DNA of 64,000 nucleotides. Source: Narcine bancroftii (taxonomy: Eukaryota). Position numbers and translations under genes: made by a program. Below are positions 63,721-64,000 of the stretch, in pieces (positions within the stretch are counted from its first letter, which is position 1; every line of letters begins with the position of its first letter). The notes beneath the pieces are model-generated. The model saw only the letters and a list, made by a program, of their open reading frames with translations. It was not told the origin of the DNA and did not search any database. The stretch is from the NCBI RefSeq assembly GCF_036971445.1, contig NC_091470.1:190278001-190342000 (forward strand). The letters run 5' to 3'.

Positions 63721-64000
63721 TATGTGGAGTAAATGGAACTCAGTGCACTTATTATTCAACCTTGATACAGGGATATAGGGGAGGGGGCTACAAGGGGTCT
63801 GATTTACCTTGTACGTAATGGTCATTTACCTTGTATGTGGAATAATGATGTAATCTTTTATTTCAACTTGTTTTCTCGAGTGTATAAAAGTTGATGCATC
63901 CCCTTGTTGAGCCGATACCCCGGAGACTGCTTTCAAGGCTGAAAGCAGTAAGGGTTCTCTCAGGTTAACTTGGTGTCCAATAAAGAGTTAGCTGGACCAG

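Overview
Vertebrate genomic DNA, most likely from a cartilaginous fish (inferred from HE1/V-SINEs, CR1, Rex, L1 and Penelope families and an elasmobranch-type beta-2-microglobulin). The only host gene is B2M on the minus strand, with four exons: exon 1 CDS 27721-27673, exon 2 21988-21710, exon 3 14239-14217 and a 3'UTR exon 4 starting at 13863. It encodes a 111-aa precursor and has a well-spaced S-X1-X2-Y promoter module. Most of the rest is nested, decayed transposable elements: a Gypsy provirus, a BEL/Pao remnant, several L1s (two with twin-priming 5' inversions), CR1, Rex, Penelope-like fragments, solo LTRs, hAT/pogo/Harbinger-like MITEs and a possible ERV gag. There is a 138-N gap at 62386-62523. 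The most interesting observations are: a consensus 5' splice site rebuilt at the B2M exon 1/2 junction; inverted CR1 copies bracketing intron 2; a U3-variant minimal hammerhead motif in four Penelope ends; two templated insertions without TSDs; and a hAT MITE carrying promoter motifs. TE boundaries without a stated TSD or TIR are approximate, and identities were estimated by eye.
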